Positions 38,821 to 51,625 of a DNA stretch of 64,000 nt are shown here, piece by piece. The notes under the pieces were generated by a model. The model did not search any database and was not told the DNA's origin. It was given only the letters and a program-made list of their open reading frames with translations. The DNA comes from Parasitella parasitica NRRL 2501 (Eukaryota; Fungi; Mucoromycota), in contig MU619333.1 in the NCBI GenBank assembly GCA_025201805.1, forward strand, positions 58,871 through 122,870, in the 5' to 3' direction. Numbering within the stretch: position 1 is the stretch's first letter; every line of letters starts with the position of its first letter. The position numbers were made by a program, and so were the translations under genes.

Positions 38821-40330
38821 ATGGTAAGTTGAATTGCGCCTGGACAAAGAGACGAAATGCCAATACAATTACATTATACAGGATGAACATTACGACATCA
38901 TTATTCTCGGTACTGGTTTAACAGAATGCATTCTTTCTGGTATTTTTTCCGCTGAAGGCAAAAAGGTACTTCACATTGACAGAAACGAATATTACGGTGG
39001 TGAATCTGCCTCTCTGGACTTGCTTCAACTTTACAAGAAACGTGGAACCGAGATTTCGGAGGTTCCTGCTGACTTGGGTCAGAACCGCGACTACAAAATC
39101 GACTTGATTCCCAAGTTTATGATGGCTGGTGGTGAGATTGTTCGCTTCTTGACCGACACTAACGTTACCCGTTATCTTGAAATTCGACAAATCTCAGGCT
39201 CTTACGTTTATAAGGAAGGCGCAATTTTGAAACTGCCTGCTGACAAAATGGAGGCCTTGTCTACTCCTTTATTGGGTGTCAACGAGAAGTTCAGATTGCA
39301 AAAGTTCCTTGAATTTGTTCAGAACTGGAAAGACGACGACGAGTCCAGTCATCAAGACTTGGATATTGATAGCCAAACTATGCTCGAGGTATATGACAAG
39401 TTTGAGCTTGAGGCTGGAACCAGAATCATTATAGGTAAGGATGAAGAGCGATACAAGATATTCAACGTGGCATTAAACTGGACATACCAGGTCATGGCCT
39501 TGCACTTCACTTGGACGATCAATACCTCGCCAAGCCTGCTCGTGAGACCATTGAGAATATTACACTCTATTTTGCTTCCTTGGGTCGTTTCGGTAAAAGC
39601 CCTTACATTTACCCCCTCTACGGTTTAGGTGATCTCCCTCAATCCTTTGCTAGGTAAGCTTAAGCATAAAAAAAGCAAGCTTTCATCGTCCTAATGCTCT
39701 CCTGAAAATGATTCTAGATTTGGCGCTCTACATGGTGGTACGTACATGCTCAACAAATCAGTCGATGAGATTCTTTACGATGACGGTGTTGCTGTGGGCG
39801 TTCGCTCTGGCAAGGAAACAGCCAAGGCCACGCAGATCATATGTGATCCTTCTTATGCCAAGGACAAAATCAAGCCGGTTGGAAAAGTAGTTCGTGCCAT
39901 TTGCATCCTGGAGAAGCCTATTCCAGACACAAATGAAGCTGATTCAGTGCAGATTGTCATTCCTCAAAACGAATTGAGCCGCAAGCACGACATCTACATT
40001 GCCAGCGTCTCTGGTAGTCATTCTGTTTGCCCCGAGGGTAAGTATCTGGCTATTGTTTCCACTATTGTCGAGACTACAGATCCCGAGAGTGAGATTGAGG
40101 CTGGTTTGAATATGCTGGGCACTATCCGTGAAAAATTCGTTTTTGTCTCGGAACTTGAAGAACCTAGCGCCGATGGTGTGAAGGACAACGTCTACATATC
40201 CAAGTCCTATGATGCCACCTCTCATTTCGAAACTGTCTGCGAAGATGTCAAGAGCATTTACAAACGTATGACTGGAAAGGAACTCAACCTTGGCGCTTTG
40301 AATCTTAAAAAGGCTGAAAAAGACAATTAA
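38821..40330 (+). CDS. GDI1: Rab GDP-dissociation inhibitor, 4 exons (ATG-only first exon)
   Basis: [21 protein letters not shown]...[60 protein letters not shown]. Confidence 0.93.
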
Positions 40331-40488
40331 TCAATTACATTAACATTTCACAATAAAATTCTAATCTCCCAATATTTATACTGCACATCCAGCTTTTTTT
40401 TTTTTTTTTGAATAGTATGACAGTTTTTATTAGGACCCCTTGCAACATTATTGAATTTTGATTTCCTTTGCTTTTTATTTTCTACACC

Positions 40489-41186
40489 ATGCTCTCACAG
40501 GTTCGTAGGTTTTCATCACTTTCACGAGTCATCCAGGCCCCTTCTCCCAGTACAAAGCTAGCATTTACTGCTTCTCCACAATTAGCAACATCTTCGCCCG
40601 AGACTCAAGCTAAAAGTAATTTTGATTGACAAGCAATGTCCATATTATACTCATCAATTGATATAGGCCTCGAAAAGGCTACACTTGAATTGCTCAGCGA
40701 TACTGTCCAAAGTGAGTCAAACCCTGAATGAAAATAAACCAAAAACTAATAATGAAATGTCAGAGGATAAAGCCAGACCCATCTCTGATGCCATTCAACG
40801 CTACCAAAAGATCCACCACGAAGGCGATCTTTACCACCCTGAAGATTTAAACGATACACGCTATAGAGAGTCTTTACGTCAACGTCGTGGAAAATTTACG
40901 CCTCCAACTGAAGATCCGTTTGAAGTTTTGGGCTTAGATCCTCTTCATGAATACAAAAATTTTAGACTTTTGACACATTTCGTTTCGGATATGGGAAAGA
41001 TCTTGCCTCGTGAACAGACCGGCGTGAGTGCAAAGAACCAACGTAAATTGGCAAAGGCAATCAAGCGTGCAAGAGCCATGGGTAAGCTTGTGATTTATGT
41101 TAGGAACACACAAATCAGTGTCTAACGTGTTGATCAACATAGGGTTAATGTCAAGTACCAGCAAGCAATACGACTTTAGAGTTTAA
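40489..41186 (+). CDS. Mitochondrial ribosomal protein bS18m (Rsm18-like), 3 exons
   Basis: Mitochondrial-presequence-like [14 protein letters not shown]; S18 core [49 protein letters not shown]. Confidence 0.9.
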
Positions 41187-41661
41187 CATATTATAAAAAC
41201 ATTACTTTTTACTTTTCTGCCTACATTTATACATGAATATAAATATATGTATATAAATAGCATGGTATAGAATTTTGAATTTCACTTTAGGAATTGTTGA
41301 GAAATTGAATGGGAATGGCTTTTCGAGAGTATGCAGAGGTGACCTACTTCTAGTATGCTCTCAAAGTTACTGGAAGGCAATTTGAGCATAGTATTATGTA
41401 TTTCATGCTTTTCAATGAAGCGTTTATGTATCAAAATGCCTACATTTTGCTTCACATTAGTTGAGAAAAAAAAATTGTATTGATTTTATCATGTGTCTTT
41501 TGACATTATTTCCAAGAAGTAACGTTTTTATGCACTCTGCTGAAAAGCACAGCCCTGTTCTGTTATGCTACGAGCGTTGGCTCCGGCAGCATAAAGTCAC
41601 ACATTATTCACTTTTCTTCGTCTCTTTTTCCATACATCTGCTTTATTTTCATAAAATACAA

Positions 41662-42972
41662 ATGAAGAAAAAGGAAAAGGTATGTCAAGGCCAAAGGCTG
41701 CAGTATTCACTTATTAAGCATTTCTTATAAAGGTGTTACTGATGGGAAAGAGTGGGTCAGGAAAGACCTCTATGCGTTCCATCATTTTCAGTAATTATAT
41801 AGCTCGAGATACCAGAAGACTCGGAGCCACAAGTACGTTTGTATTTCGCCATGTAGTGTTGCTTCTAATGTGGCCATGAATAGTTGATGTCGAGCACTCC
41901 AATGTTAAATTCTTGGGCAACTTGGTTCTCAATTTATGGGATTGTGGAGGGTATATACAAAAATCCACAGATTATGGCAGAAGGGGTCTTCATTAAACAC
42001 TCTGTACGTTTATACATTTAGCCAAGAAGCATTCATGGAAAATTATTTTGCATCACAAAGAGACCGAATTTTCAAAAATGTCGAAGTTCTTATCTATGTT
42101 TTTGATGTAGAGAGCAGAGACTGGGAAAAAGATTTGCATTATTATCAATCATGTTTGGAAGCCATCCTCGCCAACTCCAAAGAAGCTCGTATTTTTTGCT
42201 TGATACATAAAATGGATCTTGTACCCGAACATCAAAGAGATCAGGTAATGGCTTATTCAATAGGTGAGTTTGTGCATGTTTATTTATTATATCGTCGTCC
42301 TAGATATTCGAACAGCGTGTTACCGAGCTTCAGAAACGCTCTGAGCCACTGAACATCCAAGCCTTTCGAACATCGATTTGGGACGAAACCTTGTATGCAG
42401 TATGTACATGTTTATTGCTTGTTATTAGGCACTTGATTGACAATGATGATTTTCAACAGGCTTGGTCCAAAATCGTGCATTGTTTGATCCCAAACATCCG
42501 TGTACTGGAATCGCATTTAGACCACTTTTGTCGTATTTGTGATGCAGATGAAGTTGTTTTATTTGAAAGGACTACGTTCCTAGTGATTGCAACAGCAGCA
42601 ACTATTCCACATCAAGATCATCATCGATTCGAAAAAATTAGTAATATTATAAAGCAGTTTAACTTGGGTTGCAGGTAAGTTTACTTGGATTTGCAATTCG
42701 GATGCCGGCTTATTTGTTGTGTTAGTCGATCGCAAACAAGATTCAAAAGCATGGAAATTAGAGGAAGTAGCTTTACTGCCTTTATTGACGTTTTAACAAA
42801 TAATACCTATGCCATGATTGTCATGTCAGATCCTAATATACGTAAGTGTCATGTTGCTGGTTTAGCACGCACCTAAAAATTGGGCTAATTGCATAATATA
42901 GAATCTGCTGCGACATTACTCAACATTGCAGCTGCCAAAAAGCACTTTGAAAAACTGGAAGCTTCGAGATAA
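41662..42972 (+). CDS. GTR1: Rag A/B family GTPase, multi-exon
   Basis: [68 protein letters not shown]. Confidence 0.95.
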
Positions 42973-43159
42973 CGAAATTGCTAATGATCATAATAAAAAT
43001 TTGAAGATTACACCACATAATACCGTATACCGCATTGTATACATGCTTGATAAGATGACGTCGGGTACGATTGGGTGCTCCTGATTGAACAACACAGCAC
43101 CATACTCGCGTTTTTTTTTTCTTTTCGTGCGGTTCTCATTTGTTATTTACATTGATTCA

Positions 43160-44059
43160 ATGGTTCATCAACAGTTTATACGTCAATTGACTCCTTATTT
43201 TAAACTATGCAGACATATTCGAACCCATTCATCCATCAACAATGACCCTGAAATATCTAGCAAAACCATTAAAACACTTGAGCAGGCAGTAAAAGGCACA
43301 ACTAACCAGGACATCGTCGAGGAATCGAAAACTTTGATACAGCATCACTTTGACACACTTCGGACGGTGCGAGAATTGGAGAGTCAGGGGTTAAGTAAAC
43401 CACAGGCGACGGTTATTATGAAGGGAATCAAGTACAAGCTTGGCGAGAGCCTGGCAGAATTATACCAGAAACTACTACTGAAATCAGACCTTGACAACGA
43501 GTCTTACCTGTTCCAGGCTGCTGTGTCTGAGCTGCGAACAGAGATCCAAGTCATGAGACAAAAGGACACACAGCAACTGAAATCAGAAACATTTTTAATT
43601 ACAAGGGAGGTCGAAACATTAGCGCAGAAGATGAAGGAAGACATTGACTCGATGAAAAATGAAATCACATTGGACATGGAAAATAGAAAGAATGAAACGA
43701 AAAGCGATCAAAAGGAAATCGATATGACGATCCAGGAATTAAATAGCAAATTCACAGTCAAGTTGGGAGAAGTCAAGATAGGTTTGGAGTCGACTCGTTG
43801 GGAAACAATATGGAAGGGATTAGGTACAGTGTAGAAGCTTCTATTGACGTCGCTTTATTGTTAATCCAACTTTTTTTTTTTTCTTGAAAAAGCGGGGGTC
43901 GCAGGAACCAGTATAACCATAGCCACATTTGCCTACTTTTTGACAAATTATGCTGAAAAAAGAGCTGAAGATCAACGGATTCAGAAGCAAAAGAAGAAGA
44001 AGAAAATGCAGGAGGATGCTCGAAGTGCCGGTTTAGTTGACATGGAAGCTGTTTATTAA
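43160..44059 (+). CDS. DUF1640 / CCDC90-MCUR1-like mitochondrial coiled-coil protein, 2 exons
   Basis: HFDTLRTVRELESQGLSKPQA head motif, long coiled coil, ESTRWETIWKG followed by a C-terminal TM segment. Confidence 0.85.
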
Positions 44060-44197
44060 AGAAAAAAATAGTGCCCTTTTTTTATTTTCTTGCATGATTT
44101 TGAAAAAAGAAAAAAAAACAATAAAAAGTTACCAAATTATAATTTTTCCTTCCTTCCCTTTCTTTCTTTACTCACCTTTAATACTTATTAACATTCA

Positions 44198-45140
44198 ATG
44201 AATCTAAATCAACTGCAAAAGCGCAGAAAATCGTATCCTCCTCAAACAGATGCTACAGCTACCAGCAATACTCCAGCAGCACGCAAAGTGTCATTATCAG
44301 CAAACAACATATCAGCCATCGAGATCGACTCCAATGTTCAACCTTTAACAGAAGAGAACTTGGCCATCCATACAAGAACAGTGTGTAGTAACATTTTATA
44401 CTTGCGCATTCAATGTATACTAACATAAAAGCCAAAAGCTTCTAGCCTCCAAAGATGCCCGACGCCGCAATTGTCAAATATTTGTAGAAAGCCAAATACC
44501 CGTTATTGCTTTAGAGATGAAGTTGCGACAGCAACGTGAAATTGAAATTTCCAAGTTGGAGGCACAAGAACATGACAATATTCACTTTGTTAATCCATTT
44601 CATGATCCAAACGAACCTTGCAAAGGGATGAGATCGCACAGATCCAAATGGTTTAACAAATTAAAGCAGTTGATTCGTTTTGATAGTCGTACGGCACAGA
44701 GTAAAACACGCCACCTTTCTTGGTCAGCAGGCACTGAAAAGGAAGATCACAAGATGGTGAATAACACAACTTGTCAGAAGCGGGACTCTGGGATATCAAT
44801 CTTTAGTAGTAATCATAGTAAACGACGTCTATCTGCTATTCCGATTTCAAGACAACCAAAATTTTCTCCATCGAACGATACGAGAAACATCGATTTGATT
44901 ACCTATCAATATCCCAAAATGCGTAGAAAAAGTAGCATGGTCCAGGGTGTATCTGTAGCTACTCCTGATGCCACTGACCAAAATAATCATGCATTGGAGA
45001 AATTCAAGTCATCAACAACATCTGCTGTTCTTGTAGCCGCAACCACCACTTTTACTTCTGCCCTCGCTACACCGAGTTCGCATTGTCCTGACCGACAAAG
45101 CCTACTCAAATCGCAGCATCAACATGTTGCGCTTGTTTGA
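44198..45140 (+). CDS. Hypothetical protein, 2 exons (intron ~44382-44439)
   Basis: Two ORFs joined in frame by a GT-AG intron; Ser/Thr-rich; no family recognised. Confidence 0.6.
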
Positions 45141-45299
45141 GTCATTCTAGGTATACGCTATTTCCCGCTTTTGCTAATAATTAATATAAGCATGCCAAAC
45201 CAACATTTTGTAATATAACTACGAGCTTTTATACACCCCCCCGAACTACGGTGAAATTAATTGACCTTCGCTTCGCTACGATAGTATTTTTCGACCTTC

Positions 45300-46665
45300 G
45301 TTTTCATTGGGAGGCGCACAGCTCGCGCCTGGAGCGGGCTGTCCCACTTAACACAATGCTAAACCAAACGAAATAAAAAACATTGAGTGGAAGTAACATT
45401 TATGTATTGTACGGTATAAAGATTTGATATACTATGATTGTTTCGTATTTTTTGTTTAAATCCTCGAGTCAAGTTGGTTAATTTTGAAAAATCTCAGTAT
45501 AGACAACGTTTGATGTATATACTCCTTCTTGGCTTGGGGTTGGTGATGATTGAGAAGCAACCAAAATTTTGATGTCATCTGGCCTTTTAAATCGAGATAG
45601 GGCGACGTATAATTGACCATGCGAGAAAACTGGGACAGGAAGATACAGCCCTGCAGAGTCCAGAGTTTGACGTTGCAATTTATTTATTGTCATGGCAAAA
45701 GCTGGTCTGACAGGGAACTGACAACGCTTGAATTCTACGCCGACTTGCTCAACTATCGAGCTCAATGTAACTCTGGGTATGAGCACAACATTGCCTTGAT
45801 AAGGTCTAGTCGCAACTCCAGCCTGGATAGTGTTCCTTGTGAATGCTCGACAAATAAGCCTTGTACCATTATAAACACCAAGAGCAGAATCGATGTTTCT
45901 GAGCATCATGATTGGCGAGCCAATTTTCAACTTTAGCTACCACAGCTGAGAGAATTCATGAATTTTCTGATGGCAGCTCTAAAGCATTGGTCAGTGTCAG
46001 GATGGCCTTCGGCATTAAGTTGTCGCGGGTGATATCAGCAGTGAGCGCAAAGTTGTTGTAGACATGTTGACAAAGGACAGAAATATCACTGCCAGGAAGA
46101 AGCATATATTCCTTGGGCTAAATAGGGAAGGAGCCATTGCCAATAGCAAGCAAGAAGTCAGCAAATTTTTGTAATGAGACGGCCAATGCAGCGTTATGTA
46201 ATGACATGGCTTGTTGAACTCTCATGTTTGTTGTTAAGCTGGGTACTTGTACATGCGGCCAAAAGTTGGAGGTCAGAATGCATGCTTGAATGATTTCTTC
46301 TTTACTGCCATGAGGAACAACAGGTAAAACTTGGAGAAAATCGCCACCAAAATACAATAAGTTTTCCTCCAAAGGGAACATCTGCCTGTCTTTCGTCTAC
46401 TTGCTTCATTATATCTTTAAATGTCCTGTCTACTGTTTCGAGAACATCATGGCTGATCATCGCTGCTTCATCCCAAACAATGGCCGCTGATAAAGCAATA
46501 AGTCTTGCGCCAGGAGATCTAGGTCTCAAAGAACACACAGATGAATCATTGCAGCTAAGAGGGATTTGAAACCTTGAATGAGCAGTACGGCCACCTTTTA
46601 ACAGAAGAGCAGTTGTACCACTTACTGCAACAAAAAGAGCTATGTTACTTGGTCTTCTAACGGCA
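45300..46665 (-). mobile_element. Helitron remnant (PIF1-like helicase fragments)
   Basis: GGRTAHSRFQIPL, IVWDEAAM, PFGGK...GDFLQVLPV, LTTNMR, IMMLRNID...NGTRL, RCQFPVRPAFAMTINK, PVFSHGQLYVALSR, NVVYTEI; frameshifts present; GC hairpin AGGCGC-acagctc-GCGCCT at ~45313-45331 downstream. Confidence 0.9.
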
Positions 46666-46789
46666 TGATGGACGGCAAAATAAGTTTATTGCAAATAAAA
46701 AATAAAAAATAAAAAATAAAAAATAAAAATTAAAGCAAAAGTTTAGTTAATAATTGGTACATTTCACTACTTTTTATTTTTCAATAAAA

Positions 46790-47258
46790 TGAATCAATTC
46801 ATACATGAAGATGGAAGGGAAAAACCTTCAATGATAAGGGGTGAAGTGATGGTTTGGCAAATGGAGGTGGAATGCCTGTGGGCAGACCTCCCGTATTAAT
46901 AGACGCCTGCCGTTATTTTTTCATTGACTTGGTTGACAAGGACGACACAGGAATGAGCCTTGATCAAATGATGGACAATTGACCAAGCAATTTGATGGGC
47001 TTGAGATTAAAAAGTCTGCCTTCCATACCTTTGTGAAGGAAAAGTGTCGAATAAGCTGTAAAAAGTCCTATTACTACCCCCCCCGAAGATCGAAACTGCC
47101 CTGATAAGATTGAAGAGAGATGGAATTGGGTCAAAGATTTTTTTTTAGATAATACTGAAATTGATTATCAGTCCAATTGTGTCTTCATTGACGAAGCAGC
47201 ATTTCACATCAATCTGAAGCGCTGCTTTTCTTGGTCTAAAGTTGGTGCTCGCGATACT
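46790..47258 (+). mobile_element. IS630/Tc1-mariner transposase remnant (second, diverged copy)
   Basis: GRPPVL, SLDQMMD, FDGLEIKKSAFHTFVKEKCRIS, RNCPDKIEERWNWVK, NCVFIDEAAFHINLKRCFSWSKVG; frameshifted and truncated. Confidence 0.85.
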
Positions 47259-47652
47259 GTACTAAAACTTGACATTATTACATTCCGCTGACACAACAGA
47301 TTTTCCAGCAGCTAGCTGATCTTGTCACAGTAATATTTGTCGCACCCATAGAATACAGTGGTTACCATTATTTGACTGTATGGTCATGGCAATCAATCCT
47401 GATCAGATTTAAGGTTGCTCTGACAAGACTGGAAATGGTACAAAGGTTTGTGTCGATGCTATCTTGCGGGTCACGTGATACTTAAAAATCCAAAGCAAAT
47501 ATACTTAGCCTATTTATGAAATAAGATGCATACAAAAATACTGATGTATAATCCAACACTTTATAAAATCAAAGAGACAAAAAAGTCAATTAACTTTCTT
47601 TTATTACACTTGATATATTCACTAATATTTACAAATCCCATATATTATTATC

Positions 47653-49717
47653 TCAACGAGCAACAGTTTTGGGTATATCCCAAGTAGCAACGTTGAAACG
47701 TTGAGAGAGGATGACATACGACATCATGATCAGCATGTCCTTGAAAAGAAGAGAATCACCTGTCTCCAAGTAAGCATTCTTGTTACCAAGGAACTTTTCA
47801 GTGTTGACCCAGCCGATGCTATCGAGGTTTTCTTTTGTTATAAGTTTGTTGACTAATTCCACAATCATTGGGTTTCGACCTTTTGAAGAAGGAGCAACAT
47901 AAGGGTGCTTGGTGCGATTATAGATTTCGTCAGTGATATAAGGTTTGACAGCCTCCTTAAGAACCCATTTCTCGTTTAAAGAGCCATCAGACTCAGTTTT
48001 GATCTTGAGGGAAGGGGGAAGATTGTTGACATATTCGCAGAGATGGTGGTCCAAGAAGGGCGTGCGTGCCTCGATAGAGTGAGCCATTTCGCTGCGATCA
48101 CCGAGCAGATTGCAAAGATAATTGGGGAGCATGGTGTGGTTTTCAATGTACATTGCGGTGTGGAGAGGGTGCCATTTGGAATTGGCCTTGTAACGGGCCA
48201 TACCATTTATGCCTTCTGCCATAGCAAGGCTAGAATCAGGAGAACCGCATTGGGATATGGCCGCATCAGAGAAGCTCTCATCTTTGATGCTAAATACTTT
48301 GCCCAAGATAGTGTGAGAATTGACGCCATTCACCATTCTGCGAGAGCTGTCCATCTCAGAAAGATCATTTCCGGTGCCAGCGAAGCTGCCAATGAGGTCT
48401 CTCTTAGTAGACAGCTTCGACCTGCTTGCAAGCTTTTCATCAGTCATAGCACCAAAGCCGTTAGGAGTAGCGTGGTCAACCTCGCGAAGATAATCATCAT
48501 GGAAGAAACCATAGCCACCAAAGTGTTCATCAGAGCCCTCACCCGTCAAGACTACTTTGTAGCCTTGATCGCGGACAAATCGAGACAGAAGAAATTTACC
48601 GACGCCGTTCAAGTTGACTTGAGGCTGCTCGACATACCAGACAGACTCTTCAAAGCTAGCCAAAAGATCTTCTTCGGTAAGCGACAACTTTTTGAACTCG
48701 GCGTTACAGAACTCAGCAGTTCTTTCAGCAACAGCCGATTCATCAAGCTTTTCGCTACCAGTAAACGAAATGGAAAAGGCTCGCAACTTGGCATCAGGAT
48801 TGGCTTCTCTCAATAGTTTAGAGGCAATACCAGCGATACAAGAACTGTCGATACCACCACTAAGATATACTCCGAGGGGAACGTCCGCCCTAAGTCTATG
48901 TCTGACGGCTTCAGTTAAACGACTGTGAACGCCCTCGATCATTTCTTCAACAGTGCGCGTCTCTTGGATAATCTTGTCAGGATAATCAGCATCCCAATAC
49001 TGGCGAATGTCAATAGATCCCGAGGAAGTAGCCACAAGATAATGAGCAGGAGGTAGCTTATAGACACCCTTGAAGCAGGTTCTCATGTCAGAGATGGGAC
49101 CATTGTTGATAACAGAGTCGATGTCCCATTCGGCCTTCCAGCCCATAGGAATAAAAGACTTGATTTCGCTGGCAACAAGCAATGTACCGTTAAAGACAGT
49201 GTAGTAAAGAGGCTTGATACCATATCGGTCACGAGCAGCAATGAAACGGTTCTTTTTTGCATCGTAAATGTTCAGGGCAAACTCTCCACGAAGATGTTCG
49301 AGGAAGCCCAAATCGTATTCTTCGTAAAGATGAAGAGCAATTTCACTATCACTCTTGGTACAGAAGCGATGTCCCTTTTCCTGCAGCTCATCTCTGATAC
49401 GCTCAAAGTCGTAAAGCTCACCATTGACCACAGATTGGATTTTACCAGACGTATTTCCCAAGGGCTGCTGACCACCTGCTAAATCGATGATGGAAAGGCG
49501 AACGTGTCCTAGAGCTAATGATGGAGTTGGTTTTCGTGAGATCCAAGACATGTCACATCTTATATTTACCACAGCGTCCATCAGGAGACATGTACGTTCC
49601 TCTTGAGTCGGGACCACGGTGATGAATGTATTGGAGGGCAGTGTCAAGATCAAGGTTTGGAAACTCTTGATAATGAGAGGAAGAGTCAAAATGAAAGTAG
49701 CTACAGAATCCGCACAT
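47653..49717 (-). CDS. AsnB-type glutamine-hydrolysing asparagine synthetase-like amidotransferase (~669 aa; one intron 49569-49515)
   Basis: True start MCGFCS (Ntn Cys2) and HRGPD lie in a different frame upstream of a 55-nt intron; then LGHVRLSIIDL, NGELY, RDRYGIKPLY, LSGGIDSS, LTGEGSDE, MAHSIEARTPFLDH. Confidence 0.93.
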
Positions 49718-50028
49718 TTTTTTTTTTTTTTTTTTTTTTTTGAGTATATGAGTATCTTCGTATTTAGGTAGAATTTAAGCTTGTATTTATACCAAATCAC
49801 AAACATGTAGTGGCTGTAATATGCCAATGTTTAACCTTACAGATCCGAATTCTTTTAGAATCCAGCAAATGGATGCAAAATATTGCTCGGCTTCTCTGAT
49901 TATGATGATATCTCGTACGTGCTAGGCATCTTCTTTCTCCAAACTTGATCTCATTGTTTATTTTCTTTGCATCATCTCTAAAAATCATAGAATCATACTT
50001 TTTAATATGTTTTTTTTTTTTTTTTTTT

Positions 50029-50038
50029 NNNNNNNNNN
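50029..50038. other. Assembly gap
   Basis: Run of N. Confidence 1.
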
Positions 50039-50678
50039 TTTCTGTTGTTAGTGGACTAATACGTTCCAATGTCCAATGTAAATGGTAGTTGAAATTGACA
50101 GGCAGCGGGTTTCACCCGGTTGAAATATATTTTCCTTTCTGTCCTTGTTATTAAAGCATCTCCAACGAAGATGCTAAACAAAAAAGCCATTTGAAGTACC
50201 GTTTTTTTTTTTACTACCCAAAGATGTTTTGTCTGCTTTTGTAATTGTCTCTGCTTGCTTACTGTTGCTCTTTGAATTACTCCCTTGGCTCTTGCATCCA
50301 TTGTATTCTCTTTTACTATTCTACTCTTCTCTTTTCTTCTTTATGAAAAGTCGTTCTACTTTCAAAACAAGAGCTGGTGCTCACTACTTTTATTCAACCC
50401 ACATTTATATATTTCATACTATAAACCTCGCAATTCTAACATTAATATGAGCATTCAGGACAGAAAGACTGGCCATTTTAGAAAATGTTAATAAAGTTTG
50501 TATAGATAGTTAAACTTTATACCCTATACCCTTTTTTTTTCGAGTATCCACTGTGTTAATCGTAATGCACTTTGAGATTTTGTATTAAGCCTAATTTTTC
50601 AAATTCAACATAATACATCACTGAATGTTGTAAGTTCATCCCTTCTTTTTCTTTCCTGAATTTATTCCTCACACATAT

Positions 50679-51625
50679 ATGAAGCGTAAACATAAAGACG
50701 ATCCACCAGATAGGAAAGGAAAGAGAGCTATAAGAAGTAAATATCTAACACATACATTGTGAAAAGAATATATGTCTTACTATGTTTTAGGTGCAGATTT
50801 GAATCACCAAAAAGAGGAGGCTGATTTGACAACACCAACGATGCTTCGAGTTCAACAGCAAAGGCTTCTAGCTCAACAGAAAAGACTGCTAGCTCATTTA
50901 ATGATATAGGCTCTTCTTCCAGCAAAACTCTTACTTTATCTAAGAAAGTCCAACAGAAAAAAGACAAAAGAGTTGCTTTAGAGGAGTTCAAGAAACAAAA
51001 TAAATCCAACAAACCAATGCTGTGTCCTTCATGTAAACAGACAGATCATGCAAAGTCTACCAGTAAACTCTGTCCACATCGAAAAGAAAAGAAGGTGGTT
51101 CAACACAATGATGACGAAAAGACAGAAGCTTTCACCATCAAGTCTTCACTTAAAATTACATGCACAAACACAACATTCATGAAATCAGTTGACAACTTGG
51201 TGGAGCACGCTACCAAAATTACCTACCTATATAGGCTCATTGTTTGCAAACTTTATCATTCTGAAATGTGCAGATGCCAATGAAGATACGCCAATCATTA
51301 GTCAAGATTTTGTTTATGCTATATTTTCTACCTTTGCAGGTAGTGGGAGTAGGGCTCCTGAGTTCATCCGTCAATATGTTGAAGAGTTCAAAAATGCGTG
51401 CGAGATTGACGAGCAAATTTTAAAATCATTGAAGTCTATTGGTTATGCGACTATTCTTTCCATTTCTGCCAAGCAGTGTGAAACAATGACGCTCGTCTTT
51501 CACCATTCCAGCGTTCTGAATCAAAAGAATAATTGCAAGCATTGTGTGTCATTGATATTACTCTTTGATACGCCATGGGTATTCGGTTTATCCTATACAC
51601 CATTAAAGGTGAGTAAAATTGTCCA
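50679..51625 (+). mobile_element. Internally deleted Fanzor1-like (TnpB-related) element remnant with putative omegaRNA tail
   Basis: CPSC..TDHA.STSKLCP zinc-knuckle, then FTIKSSL...LVEHATKITY[4-bp duplication]IGSLFANFIIL...PIISQDFVYAIFSTFAG...AKQCET, matching my recollection of Mucorales Fanzor1 N-termini; no RuvC present; hairpin-rich 3' region. Confidence 0.6.

Noticed and set aside
48043-48816. 257-aa + strand ORF
   Set aside because: Antisense shadow of the amidotransferase caused by codon bias; the same applies to 5129-5470 and 6541-7056.
49718-49827. Poly-Lys N-terminal extension of the 724-aa ORF
   Set aside because: Frame artefact; the Ntn MCG start is at 49717 in another frame, before the intron.
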